Virus record (IMG/VR): IMGVR_UViG_3300044627_000701
Location: 1-63,077 of that record
Strand: one strand, 5' to 3'
DNA from: a virus
Taxonomy: Duplodnaviria; Caudoviricetes
DNA length: 63,077 nt
This document shows positions 45,549 to 55,263 of the stretch, piece by piece. Every line of letters starts with the position of its first letter. Position 1 is the stretch's first letter. The notes below the pieces were generated by a model, which was not told the DNA's origin, searched no databases, and worked only from the letters and a program-made list of their open reading frames with translations. The position numbers were made by a program, and so were the translations under genes.

Positions 45549-45629
45549 CTGGAAGTTTGCTCCTTCCGTGTTGCACCCCCTCCCGCCGGCTGTAGGTCTC
45601 CCCCATGACCTCGCCGGCGGGATTTTTTT
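45549..45629 (+). ncRNA. Predicted anti-Shine-Dalgarno small RNA
   Basis: Hairpin GGAAG-TTTGCTC-CTTCC complementary to early-gene RBSs, followed by a terminator hairpin; candidate promoter TTGCGT(45515)-17-TAATAG(45538). Confidence 0.6.
45581..45629 (+). terminator. Rho-independent terminator ending the early arm
   Basis: TCCCGCCGGC...GCCGGCGGGA followed by T7; internal stem AGGTC/GACCT. Confidence 0.85.
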
Positions 45630-48600
45630 ATTGGTCCTTCAGCATCTCGTTGGCGCGCTGTTCCGCCAACGGCTGGCGCACGGGAATTTTCGGGTTGAAG
45701 CCCAGCCCGTAAGCGCGCTCCCCGGCTACCTTGCTCTTGCTCTGGAACGACTTGTCCTTGTCTTCCTCGGTGATAGTGTTCGAGGGGAAGTTCATGTTGT
45801 AGATGGTGATGTCCCGCTCGACGCGCTTCCAGTTTTTCAGGTTCTCGTCCGTGGGCTTCTTGTTGAACTCCAGCACCGCACGATACCGCTGGTCAAGCAG
45901 CTCAGTCGCCTGCTTGCCTACCTCTTCTTCGATTTCTCCAGCCTTGATGTCGAGCTGCATAGCCCGCGATGTGCCGGCCTCGGTGAAGCCCGCCGACTGT
46001 AAAGCCAACGTGTAAACGTCGTAGAAGCTAGGGTCCTTAAGGACGACGTCGCGGTTCTTACCTACGACCAGACCTTCTTCCTCCAGACGCGCGGCCTTGA
46101 ATATATTCTTCAGGGCGGCGGGCATTACCGCTTCAACGGCCTTATCAAGGTTACCCGCGTTGGCTTCTTTCCAAAACCGGAAAAAGGCAGCGGGGACCGC
46201 CGCCGAAGGGCCAAGTACCGTGCGGCCCAAGGTCTCAAGGAACATAACTTCCGGGTCATCAGACTTAGACGGCGTGGAGTGCCACAAGTCGTTCAACGAC
46301 ACCGAACTGGAGATATCCACCCCACCAAGGGCGGGCAGACCCATGTCAGCCATAGCCGCCAGCTTCGCTGCGGCTTCGGGGCTAAGGCCAAGTGCGTTTG
46401 CAAGCGTACCGCCCGGACCAAACGTCTCCGGAATCCACACCGACCGGATGAAGTAATCCATGTCCTTCTTGGACAGCTCTCGGCCCTTCTCGTCCGCAAA
46501 TTTCAGCATCTCCCGCTGGATGGTTTTCTCGGAGACGTAGCCGCCTTCGATCTCCTTCTCTTCTTCATCGTCATCGTCGCCAAAGGTTTCCTTGACGAAC
46601 TCGTAGATGCCGTATGCGCCCAAGGCCAGCATGTAGAACTGAGAAGCGCGCAGGCCGCCGAGGAGCGTTGTCATCGCGGCAACACCAAAGAACATCCGCG
46701 CAGCCGCCAGCTTGCCTCCCTTGTTCCTCTGGAGCGGTATCATACCCACAAAGCTACGGAGCAGTAGCGACGTCATCGACTGGCTATACGAGCGCATCTG
46801 GAGCGGCAGACGGCCCGCGCGCGACTTTGCGTAACGTGACTTGTTCCAGTTCGAGAAGTCAAACATGGCCTTGCTGGTCAGCTTCTCGGCCAGCTCACGT
46901 GCTTCCTTACCGGCATCCTTGGGTGTCTTGCCCTGCTTGATGGCGCGCTCGTAGGCCATGTCGAACGCCGACATAACCATGATTTCGCGTCCAATACGCT
47001 CAAAGGTATGGAAAGACGCGCCAAGGAGTTGGCCGGTGTTAGCCACGGCAAGCTGCGCTGCACTGGCGGTGTCGCCACGGCGCAGAGACTGCATGAAGCT
47101 GAACTTATCCGAAGGCTTATTACTACGCTCGTATATGTTCGCGCTTGCCGTAAAGGTGCTCTGTGTAACGTCGCGCTCTTCAAAGAAGCGCCACGCCTTC
47201 ATCAGTTCGCCGTACCGAGTAGGGTCGGTCTTACGTAGCTCTCGGATGTACGGGCTGTTCTCCAGTGTGAACTTCGGTGTCTGGAGTTTGAGGTTGCCGT
47301 CCTTATCCTTGAACGGGTTACCCATACGACTCCCGGTGAGGAAGGTACCCATGTAACGCGCCATCGTAGCCGTAGTGGCAGCCTCACCAAACTCAGCAGA
47401 AAGCGTAGGCAAACCAACGATGGGTAGCTGGAGCAAGTTTACCACCGCAGACTTCGGCGCAGAGAGCAGCAGGTAGAAGGTCGCCTTGGAGCCCAAGCTC
47501 AACCACCAGTCGATGGTTTTTTGTGGGTCCGGAGACAGAATCCCTTTCACGCGCAGCGCCATTTCCCGCGTGATGGTGTCCAACTTGGCCTTGCTTGGAC
47601 GCCCTTCGGTCTCCTTGAGCCCGGCTGTGATAAGGTTGTCGAACTTGTAGTTAAACGCCAGCCGCCCCAGCTGGTTAGCCGAAGCGATGGAGGTCGACGC
47701 ATAGGTGCGCAGCAGGTCGGTGCTGAAGCCGGTCTTGAAGCTACGGTGGATAAACCGCCGCCGCATGTCGGACTCCGGAAGAGCAGTCAGGTACAGCTGA
47801 AGGACACTCTCCTCCAGTACGTCCACGTCTGCCGCCTTACCGTCAGCGATAAGGTCCAAAATATTTTTCAGCGCCGCACTGGCGTCGTTCTTGGTGAGCT
47901 CCTTGCGCAAGGTGTCACGGCCAAAACCGGAGCTGACGTCACGGGTATCTTTGTCTTCGCGCAGCTGCGCCATGAAGGCTTCTTGGGCGGTGAGCGACTC
48001 GAACATATGGAACTCGCCGGTCTTACCCTTACCGACCGTTACCCAGTACTCCCCGAAGCGTTTCAGGGGGAAGTAGATGGTACGCTTCTTGGCTTCAGCG
48101 AACATCTTCTCCACCGCGCTCTTAAGCTTGATCCGATCCTCAGACTTGAGATCGGCGGCGTTAATACGCGCCATAAGCAGCCGGTAGTGCTCGTCGAAAG
48201 TTTTGCGGTACTCATCGCGCAGCATACGGAACATCTGCTTACCTGCGCCGCCGCCAAACTCGGGGCGCGACAGATCGTTCCAGCCGTAGACGGTTTCTTC
48301 GGTCTGCTCGTCAACACCGCCCGTGTACGCACGGCGGATTTCCCCCTGACGGGTGCTGATGTTGTTTTGTATCGCAGTCCGTTTCTTAGGGTCCGTTTCG
48401 CTGGCAAGTTCCGCTTTGAGTTCCGCCAGCTTGTTGTCGAGCTTGAAGTACTCGGTGGCGTTGGGTGCCAGCGACGGGTCTACATCGACCATGTTTGCGT
48501 AGATAACGACATCAGTCAGCGCCTTCCCGCCCAGCTCCGTACGGGACAGGAAGTCCGCCAGTTTCTCAGACGTTTGACTGGCGTTCAAGACCATACGGTT

Positions 48601-51600
48601 GACGTAGGGTATGTACTCATTACGCATGAGGTCGTCGATACGCTGCACGTTCTTCAGGCCAAGGGCGTTGGCGAGACGCACCACATCCTCAGTCATCTGC
48701 GGCCCAAGCAGTTTCTGGAGCGCCGAGGGGCCGCTAACGCTGTTGAACAGGCTGGTAAGGATGTTACCATCTTCGCTGGGGTTGCGCGCGATGAGCATGA
48801 GCTTGCCCATCAGGCTCGTCGTTTCCTCCGCACTACGGCTACGCAGAATACGCTTCTGCATACCGGTGATCTTCATCCGACGGATGCCAGCGGCTTCCTC
48901 CAGCCTCTTGGTCTGCGCCTTGGTCAGCTTGGCAGCTGCTACCTTGTTGACGGTGGCGTTGTTTACGGGTTGCGCGCTACCCTTAGCGCCTGTTCCGCGC
49001 TTGCTCCCGCCTCCAGTGCCGCCACGACGTTCATAAGCTGGACCGAGTAGGGATTCCCCGGTGCCTCCTTCTCCGCGAGGTCCGCGTACGTCCCCAGCTC
49101 CGCTATCGCCTGCTCCCTCGGGTGCTTGCTCCGGGCTGCCATCCGTAAAACGGTTTCCGCGATATTCAACGCTGATGTCTGGGTTTTTACCATTGAAAAG
49201 CTCCACGCCCAACTTGATGATATCTGCGTAATCCCTTGCGATGGCTTCCGCAAACGTTGCCTTGAATGTGTAGAAGTCGAAATTTGTGTCTGACTCCATG
49301 TTCAGCAAGATGTCCTGCATCTCGGCAGGGAAGTCAGCATTATGATTGCGCACCCTGTGGTGCGCAAGCTCGTGGACCATGGTACCAAAGATGCCGTAGC
49401 CCGCGCGCAGCCCATCCGCATACTTAGGGACTAGCGGGTTGATAAAGCTACCGGAGAACGGCAACCGGATTGAGACCCCGCGATACTCCGGGTCGAAGGA
49501 GACACCAATGGCTTCGTCGCGGAGACCCCTGTAACCCATGACACGAGCGACCTCGTTACGCAGGGTGAGGAAGGTTGCGCCGTTGTACAGCATAAACTCA
49601 TCAAAACGCACGCCCAACTGGCGGCGCATGTAGTCTGGGATCGACAGTTTTTCACCAGTAGCGTTAATGACTACGTCGGCGTTGTCGTGAACCATGACCG
49701 AGTTGGTGTCGATAAGGTCCGGATCAATTTTTAGCTCGCTAGCGCTAGGAATACCCGCCTTCAGTTCGTCCGGAGTCAGCTCAGGCATCGGCTGGCCGTT
49801 AACCAACAGCGCACCGTTCTCATCGACAGTGATCTGATCGCCTACGGTAACCCGTGTAAAGGACGTGTCCTGCACCGGGATACTTGGAGTCAGGTCAATT
49901 ACGGGGCCAAGGTTACCCCGTGCATCAAAATACTGAACGTTACCAAAGCTCGTGGCTTCACCCGCCCTGCTCTTGTAGGCGTAGATGGCGTCGATATACT
50001 TCTTGATCTTACCAAAGTCCCTCTTGGCGTCATCGGTAAAGTTCTGGCGATTAAAGTTGAACGGATATCCCGGCTCATCCGGTTTTACCGAAGGCACGAT
50101 ATCCACGTAGAACCGGTACGGAACCGGATCACTAAACATGTTGGACGGGTCTTTGTTGACATCAGTGGAGAACTGCCACAACCCGTTTGACAGGATGTGC
50201 ATGTTCCGACCGTACTGCTGCCCGGTCTGTTCGCGGGTGACATAGACCTTAGCCACACCCCACGGAAACTTTACCCCGACAAACTGGGTATAGTCTTGGG
50301 CTGGGAAATTGGCACCAACATCAACTGTTCTGGGACCGCGAACGGTACTTCCATCAAAAGTTACCTTGATATTTGCAAACAGCGGGCTGAGTCCTAGCGA
50401 AGCAATTTCATCTAGGTAGCGCGGGAGCTCTTTAATTTTGTAGTCACCGGACTCTTTAGGGATGGTTAGCTGGATAATAGTGCCGTGCCCGTCCGGAAAC
50501 GCCAACTGATCTACAGGTTCGAGCTCCCGGATTTCAATATTCGGGGCCTGATTAGGGTCGTCCAGCGCAGCAAAAAGCTGCTCACCCGTCACATCCATCT
50601 CAGCGATGCGTCCATCACGCGCCGTGGAGACACGGATGTTCTTGTTGGCATAGAGGAACAGCATCTTGGCGATACCGAAGCCGCCAGCGTTCTTGTCGCC
50701 TTCCTTGGCGGTACCAGCAATTTCAAGGAATTTGCCGCCCAGAAGCTCGGGCGTCATACCAATCCCGTTATCCTTGACCGTTAGGGTGCGGCCATCTTTC
50801 GAGATGGTGATACTAATCTCGCCCTGCGTAATCTGACCGCCGTTGATCGCTGTACGGGTGGCGTCGAACGAGTTCTGCAAGACTTCCTTGATGCAGACCT
50901 GACCCATATTGGTGGGGTCGCCGTAGAGCTGCGGACCCAACATCTTAGCCATGCGGGTGGCATTAATTCCCGGCTTGGCGCGGATCGTCTCATACTCAGG
51001 GGTGTACGGTGTAACCTGACCGACCATGTCCTCCTTTGGCATGGCGTCAACTTCCGCCTGCGCCATGTTAAGGACTTTTTCAGCTACGGTCTTACCCGGC
51101 TTGCGTTTGATAACCGCCTTGACCTGCTTGGCCTTCTTAGCCGGAGAAACAGGAGCGACCTTAGCAGGCGCGGCCTGTGCGGCAGCAACGCTATCCTGCG
51201 CCCACTGGATACCAGCTTTGTATGCGTCGAGAGCTTCCTGCCCTAACCCTTCGAGAATTTGCTGGTCAGGGATAGGCTCAACACCATTGGCAACGTCACG
51301 CGCGCCTTCAGTGAACATACCAAATCGGTCGGTATTGGGCTCGTACCCACGAGACTGGGCTTCGGGCACTGAGAAATATGTAAGGTGCTCCGCAATCTGC
51401 TGCGGGGTGTATTCCGGTTCGGGTGTAGGCGCAGCCACAGATGTAGGCTCAGGCGCAGCCACAGACGTAGGCTCAGGCGCAGCAGCGGTAGCGGTAGCGG
51501 TAGCGGTAGCGCGTTCGGGGATAGCAAAGCCCCGGTTCCGTAGCAGGGTATCAACCACTGCGGCGGCGTCTACATCTTGCCCCTTGGCCAGTTGATTAGC

Positions 51601-53883
51601 TACCTGATTGGTAGCCTGCTTCTTGACGGCGTCTAGGTCTGCGCTGCCAAACCCAGTTGGGATTTTGACACCTTTGATAGCGTCGTCAGCGAAGAGACTT
51701 ACAAGGGGGCGAACTGTATTTTTACGCTCAGCCAGCTTCATCTCACCCCGTGCCGGGGCTAGGATGTCTTCTTCGGCTTCAACGGTTTGGGTCGGGGTAG
51801 GTGTAGGTGTAGGCGCAGCCGCTTGCGAGGCAAGCGGGACCTTGTACTGAGCCACCTGCTCTTGGACGATGGTCTCGGGGTTGACTGCTTCCCCGCGCAG
51901 CACGGCGTTGAGGATGCGCGTATTGGAGGAGTTATACGCCTTCTTCGTGTCACCTTCGGGAAGCTTGGAGGTATCCAGCCCGGTAACCCGCGTGAAAATA
52001 TCGGCAACCACCGGCGCAATAACCCGCATCTTCTCGGTGGTCTTATCCTTGGGTAGCACGTATGCCGGCTCCAAGGCAGGGTAGCGTTCTCCAGTTACTC
52101 CCAGTTCAGCAGCAAGCTGCTGTGACCCAGTGAGGGTGGGTGCGGTCTCAATGGTGCGCTTCTGACCGTTGATGTCGATGGTTGTCTTCGATGGAACTTG
52201 TTCACCACGTGCCTTTACGCCACGGTCAAGCACAGAGACGATAGCATCGTATGGGGCAACTTCGGGGCTTTGCAGGACGATGCGCGCGGCCTGCTTTTTC
52301 TGCTCGGCGTTGAGCTTCTCGACCCCATAAACTTCAAAGTCCAAGGCGTTGTCGTCAAACGCCTTCTCGATGGTTGGTATAGTAGCTGTGACCTGCTTAC
52401 CGGTAATAGGCGTCAGTGTACCGTCTGCACCTGCTTCTGCTCCAGTAGGGCCACCAACAGGCTCTCCAACGCTAGCCACTCCGACGGGTTTAGCTTGTGG
52501 AACGGTTTGGGCAGCTTGTCCGGTGGGCGTGGGAGCGCCAGCAACTGGAACGCTTGGCCCAGCTGCTCCAGCGACAGCCACGTTAGGTCCACTTGCTCCT
52601 CCATCCAGTCCTGCTCCCGTTTCCGCCTGCGTTTGCGCCGCTTCGACATTTGCCTTCGCCTGCTCCAGAATAACGTCTGCGCGTGCAACCACTGCCGTGG
52701 TAGCTTCATCTTGGCTAATGTTCGGGTTCGCCGCCATGGTAGCAGCGACCTGCTGCGCAGCAAGCTTTCGGAACTCAGCTTGAACTTCCGGAGCGACCGG
52801 AGGTGCTTCTTGGCCGGGAGCGGCGGCTTGTGCCCTACCACTAAACGCGCCAGCAGGAGCACCAAAAGCTCCACCCAAGATAGCACCCTGTGCTGTGGCG
52901 GCACCGACACCCTTGAACGGGTCCGCAGTTACATCTGCTTGAGACACCGCAAGGTTTTGCGCAAGCTGCCCGCCGCCTTCTTCGATACCTTCTTGGGTAG
53001 CCTCACCCGCGAACGACTTTAGAGACCGCTTGATGATGCCATCAGTTACTGCATCGCCAAACACAGTTTTTTCAATGGCTCTCGGCAACAGACCTGCGGA
53101 AACTGCCGATAGCGCGGTAGCCGCCGCCGTAGCTTTCCTAGCCGCGCTCAGCGCGAGCTCTTGCCGCGCATCTTCCGGGGATGTCCCTGCTTCAAGCAGC
53201 GACTGGTAATCTGGAGACTGAGTAAGGATTTCCTCTGGGAGCGCTGTAACTCGGCTGTACGTGTCTTCGCCAACACTGGCTCCCTGCTCAGCAGCTGCTG
53301 CCCCAATACCACCTACGACAGCGGCTTTCCTACCCTTTGCTTTTGCAACTTCTTCCGCAGCTTTACGGCCTGCAAGTTTGCTTACGCCCTTACCAGCAAG
53401 CGCACCGACACCGAGGCCACCCACCATGCTGGGCAGCGAGGACAATGCACCCGACATGAGGAGGCGCGGGTCGGTCGCGTACTCCTTAATTGTCTGACCT
53501 GCTTCTCCCAAAAACCCTTCTTGCGCAGCAATACGTTCTTGCGCCAGTCGCTCGCGTTCGCGCAGCCCTTCGCTTTTGATGTCTTCACCAATATCAGTGA
53601 GACCCTGCGCAGCGCGCGAAGCCATCGTGTCGAAGTCGCCCGTGGTTAACCCGTACACGTTTGCGGGGAACTTAGCCAGCTGGCCAAGGCCGCTCACCAG
53701 AGCTCCGGGTACATCTCGGAATATGTTGGTGTCATCAACGGACGGAGTTTTCGCCGTAGGCGCTGCGGCAGCAGGAGTAGCCGATGGGTAGATACCACCC
53801 ATCACACGTACAACGGTTGCGTCGTCCGTGCCGTCCGGGAACGTAACCGACTTACCGTCGGGGCCATAAACTTCAAAAGGCAT
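45628..53883 (-). CDS. Giant internal virion (ejected) polyvalent protein with GHKL ATPase and HExxH metallopeptidase motifs
   Basis: 2751 aa; EVLQNSFDA, DNGIGM and GGFGI (GHKL) and HELAH motifs; last gene of the ejection-protein cluster. Confidence 0.75.
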   Translation of the reverse strand: MPFEVYGPDGKSVTFPDGTDDATVVRVMGGIYPSATPAAAAPTAKTPSVDDTNIFRDVPGALVSGLGQLAKFPANVYGLTTGDFDTMASRAAQGLTDIGEDIKSEGLRERERLAQERIAAQEGFLGEAGQTIKEYATDPRLLMSGALSSLPSMVGGLGVGALAGKGVSKLAGRKAAEEVAKAKGRKAAVVGGIGAAAAEQGASVGEDTYSRVTALPEEILTQSPDYQSLLEAGTSPEDARQELALSAARKATAAATALSAVSAGLLPRAIEKTVFGDAVTDGIIKRSLKSFAGEATQEGIEEGGGQLAQNLAVSQADVTADPFKGVGAATAQGAILGGAFGAPAGAFSGRAQAAAPGQEAPPVAPEVQAEFRKLAAQQVAATMAANPNISQDEATTAVVARADVILEQAKANVEAAQTQAETGAGLDGGASGPNVAVAGAAGPSVPVAGAPTPTGQAAQTVPQAKPVGVASVGEPVGGPTGAEAGADGTLTPITGKQVTATIPTIEKAFDDNALDFEVYGVEKLNAEQKKQAARIVLQSPEVAPYDAIVSVLDRGVKARGEQVPSKTTIDINGQKRTIETAPTLTGSQQLAAELGVTGERYPALEPAYVLPKDKTTEKMRVIAPVVADIFTRVTGLDTSKLPEGDTKKAYNSSNTRILNAVLRGEAVNPETIVQEQVAQYKVPLASQAAAPTPTPTPTQTVEAEEDILAPARGEMKLAERKNTVRPLVSLFADDAIKGVKIPTGFGSADLDAVKKQATNQVANQLAKGQDVDAAAVVDTLLRNRGFAIPERATATATATAAAPEPTSVAAPEPTSVAAPTPEPEYTPQQIAEHLTYFSVPEAQSRGYEPNTDRFGMFTEGARDVANGVEPIPDQQILEGLGQEALDAYKAGIQWAQDSVAAAQAAPAKVAPVSPAKKAKQVKAVIKRKPGKTVAEKVLNMAQAEVDAMPKEDMVGQVTPYTPEYETIRAKPGINATRMAKMLGPQLYGDPTNMGQVCIKEVLQNSFDATRTAINGGQITQGEISITISKDGRTLTVKDNGIGMTPELLGGKFLEIAGTAKEGDKNAGGFGIAKMLFLYANKNIRVSTARDGRIAEMDVTGEQLFAALDDPNQAPNIEIRELEPVDQLAFPDGHGTIIQLTIPKESGDYKIKELPRYLDEIASLGLSPLFANIKVTFDGSTVRGPRTVDVGANFPAQDYTQFVGVKFPWGVAKVYVTREQTGQQYGRNMHILSNGLWQFSTDVNKDPSNMFSDPVPYRFYVDIVPSVKPDEPGYPFNFNRQNFTDDAKRDFGKIKKYIDAIYAYKSRAGEATSFGNVQYFDARGNLGPVIDLTPSIPVQDTSFTRVTVGDQITVDENGALLVNGQPMPELTPDELKAGIPSASELKIDPDLIDTNSVMVHDNADVVINATGEKLSIPDYMRRQLGVRFDEFMLYNGATFLTLRNEVARVMGYRGLRDEAIGVSFDPEYRGVSIRLPFSGSFINPLVPKYADGLRAGYGIFGTMVHELAHHRVRNHNADFPAEMQDILLNMESDTNFDFYTFKATFAEAIARDYADIIKLGVELFNGKNPDISVEYRGNRFTDGSPEQAPEGAGDSGAGDVRGPRGEGGTGESLLGPAYERRGGTGGGSKRGTGAKGSAQPVNNATVNKVAAAKLTKAQTKRLEEAAGIRRMKITGMQKRILRSRSAEETTSLMGKLMLIARNPSEDGNILTSLFNSVSGPSALQKLLGPQMTEDVVRLANALGLKNVQRIDDLMRNEYIPYVNRMVLNASQTSEKLADFLSRTELGGKALTDVVIYANMVDVDPSLAPNATEYFKLDNKLAELKAELASETDPKKRTAIQNNISTRQGEIRRAYTGGVDEQTEETVYGWNDLSRPEFGGGAGKQMFRMLRDEYRKTFDEHYRLLMARINAADLKSEDRIKLKSAVEKMFAEAKKRTIYFPLKRFGEYWVTVGKGKTGEFHMFESLTAQEAFMAQLREDKDTRDVSSGFGRDTLRKELTKNDASAALKNILDLIADGKAADVDVLEESVLQLYLTALPESDMRRRFIHRSFKTGFSTDLLRTYASTSIASANQLGRLAFNYKFDNLITAGLKETEGRPSKAKLDTITREMALRVKGILSPDPQKTIDWWLSLGSKATFYLLLSAPKSAVVNLLQLPIVGLPTLSAEFGEAATTATMARYMGTFLTGSRMGNPFKDKDGNLKLQTPKFTLENSPYIRELRKTDPTRYGELMKAWRFFEERDVTQSTFTASANIYERSNKPSDKFSFMQSLRRGDTASAAQLAVANTGQLLGASFHTFERIGREIMVMSAFDMAYERAIKQGKTPKDAGKEARELAEKLTSKAMFDFSNWNKSRYAKSRAGRLPLQMRSYSQSMTSLLLRSFVGMIPLQRNKGGKLAAARMFFGVAAMTTLLGGLRASQFYMLALGAYGIYEFVKETFGDDDDEEEKEIEGGYVSEKTIQREMLKFADEKGRELSKKDMDYFIRSVWIPETFGPGGTLANALGLSPEAAAKLAAMADMGLPALGGVDISSSVSLNDLWHSTPSKSDDPEVMFLETLGRTVLGPSAAVPAAFFRFWKEANAGNLDKAVEAVMPAALKNIFKAARLEEEGLVVGKNRDVVLKDPSFYDVYTLALQSAGFTEAGTSRAMQLDIKAGEIEEEVGKQATELLDQRYRAVLEFNKKPTDENLKNWKRVERDITIYNMNFPSNTITEEDKDKSFQSKSKVAGERAYGLGFNPKIPVRQPLAEQRANEMLKDQ
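51427..51511. repeat. Intragenic tandem repeats (24-bp x2 plus AGCGGT x4) encoding an ATAT/APEPTSVA linker
   Basis: Direct inspection of the sequence. Confidence 0.8.
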
Positions 53884-55253
53884 TAGCCCCCCGGAACGAA
53901 GACGCGCTTGCCGTTTTGTACAACGATCTTACCACCGGGTACAGAGCCAACTTCAGCCCCCGGACTCGGTGGCGTACCTCCACTGACAAGGGCAACCTGC
54001 GAAGCTACAAACGCACGTTCGGCTTCGCTGATTGCGTCGGCTGCCAGCGCAGCCTCGGCCTTATTCCCAGAAGCTTGCGCTTTCCTAAACGCATTATGCG
54101 CCAAGCCGACCGGGTTATCCAGTGTCGAACGCAGCGCCGGCAGTGCAGCCACCGCCTTAGCCTTAACGTCCTTTACAAGATTAGCCTCTTGCTTGGTAAA
54201 GTAATCCAGTTGCGCGTTTTTGTTGATAACAGCCACATCTTTCTGGCCTTTATTAGCCAGCAGCTGGGCCGCTATCCGTACTTCATTATCCGCCTCGTTC
54301 ATTTCCTTCGTAAGCTTACGCTGCGCTTCGGTATCCATGAAGCCGCCGTATGCCTTCTGCAAATCGCCTGCGAGCCTGAACGCGTCGGTAGCCTGCTTGT
54401 TCGTCATGTCTTCCCGAGCAGCCAGCGTCTTGATTGCGTCTCGCTGTTCGGCGCGGCGTGCCTTGGCGCTTTCCTGAAGACCGGGGAGAGCTTTACCGAC
54501 ACCCGCACCAAATGCCTGTAGCAAGCTACCCGGAGTGCCCGCCATGGTGGCACCCAGCTGCGCAAGCGCAAAATATTTATCCTCGTCGCGGCGCTTTTTC
54601 TGGGCTTCGGGGCTCATCTCAGCTTCGTAGAAGGAAGTCAGCTTATCGCCATACTTACTCTGCTGTGGAGCGTACTTTTCGATAAGACCCATATTCCCTT
54701 CAAACGTAGGGGCAAACCCGTAGCGACCCCTCGATCCAACGGCTTCCAGTTCTTCGTCTTCGGGAGCTTCTTGCATGTAGCCCACCGGCCCTGCATCAGC
54801 AAAAGCCACGATGCCGCCGCCGGCATACTCGCCGTCCATGGGCTCATCGAACATGTTTTCCGGAACGGGGAGCGCAGCCAAGCCGCCATCAGCCATGCCC
54901 ATCGGAGGAGCACCGGGCGGCATACCACCCATCGGAGGAGCAGGCGGAGCGCCCATCGGCGGCCCACCGGGCGGCATACCACCCATCGGTGGAGCAGGAG
55001 GAGCACCCATCGGGGGGCCACCCATTGGCGGAGCAGGCGGAGCTGGGGGGGCAAATACCTGCTGCGCTACGGACGGCTGCTGAGCGCCTTCCTGCATCTG
55101 CGCGCTGCGCATACGGTCAATGAACATACCCGCAAGGGTACCGGCAGTGGGGTCGACGACGCCCATCTGCATCGCTTGCGCGATCTTCTGTTTGTTACCG
55201 CCATATTCCTTGGCGATATCTTCCGGGGCTTGGAGGGTAAACGGTTTGGGCAT
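53883..55253 (-). CDS. Putative internal virion / DNA ejection protein
   Basis: 456 aa; PPMG repeats, MADGG and YAGGG motifs, amphipathic helices. Confidence 0.6.
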   Translation of the reverse strand: MPKPFTLQAPEDIAKEYGGNKQKIAQAMQMGVVDPTAGTLAGMFIDRMRSAQMQEGAQQPSVAQQVFAPPAPPAPPMGGPPMGAPPAPPMGGMPPGGPPMGAPPAPPMGGMPPGAPPMGMADGGLAALPVPENMFDEPMDGEYAGGGIVAFADAGPVGYMQEAPEDEELEAVGSRGRYGFAPTFEGNMGLIEKYAPQQSKYGDKLTSFYEAEMSPEAQKKRRDEDKYFALAQLGATMAGTPGSLLQAFGAGVGKALPGLQESAKARRAEQRDAIKTLAAREDMTNKQATDAFRLAGDLQKAYGGFMDTEAQRKLTKEMNEADNEVRIAAQLLANKGQKDVAVINKNAQLDYFTKQEANLVKDVKAKAVAALPALRSTLDNPVGLAHNAFRKAQASGNKAEAALAADAISEAERAFVASQVALVSGGTPPSPGAEVGSVPGGKIVVQNGKRVFVPGG

Positions 55254-55263
55254 CTAATCCTCC

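Noticed and set aside
45596-45608. Second anti-SD loop (UCCCCCAU) targeting the polymerase RBS (AUGGGG near 32848)
   Set aside because: Only about 6 nt are complementary, to a single site, which is not distinguishable from chance.
45549-45629. tRNA
   Set aside because: There is no cloverleaf, T-loop (GTTCRA) or CCA end; only two hairpins are present.
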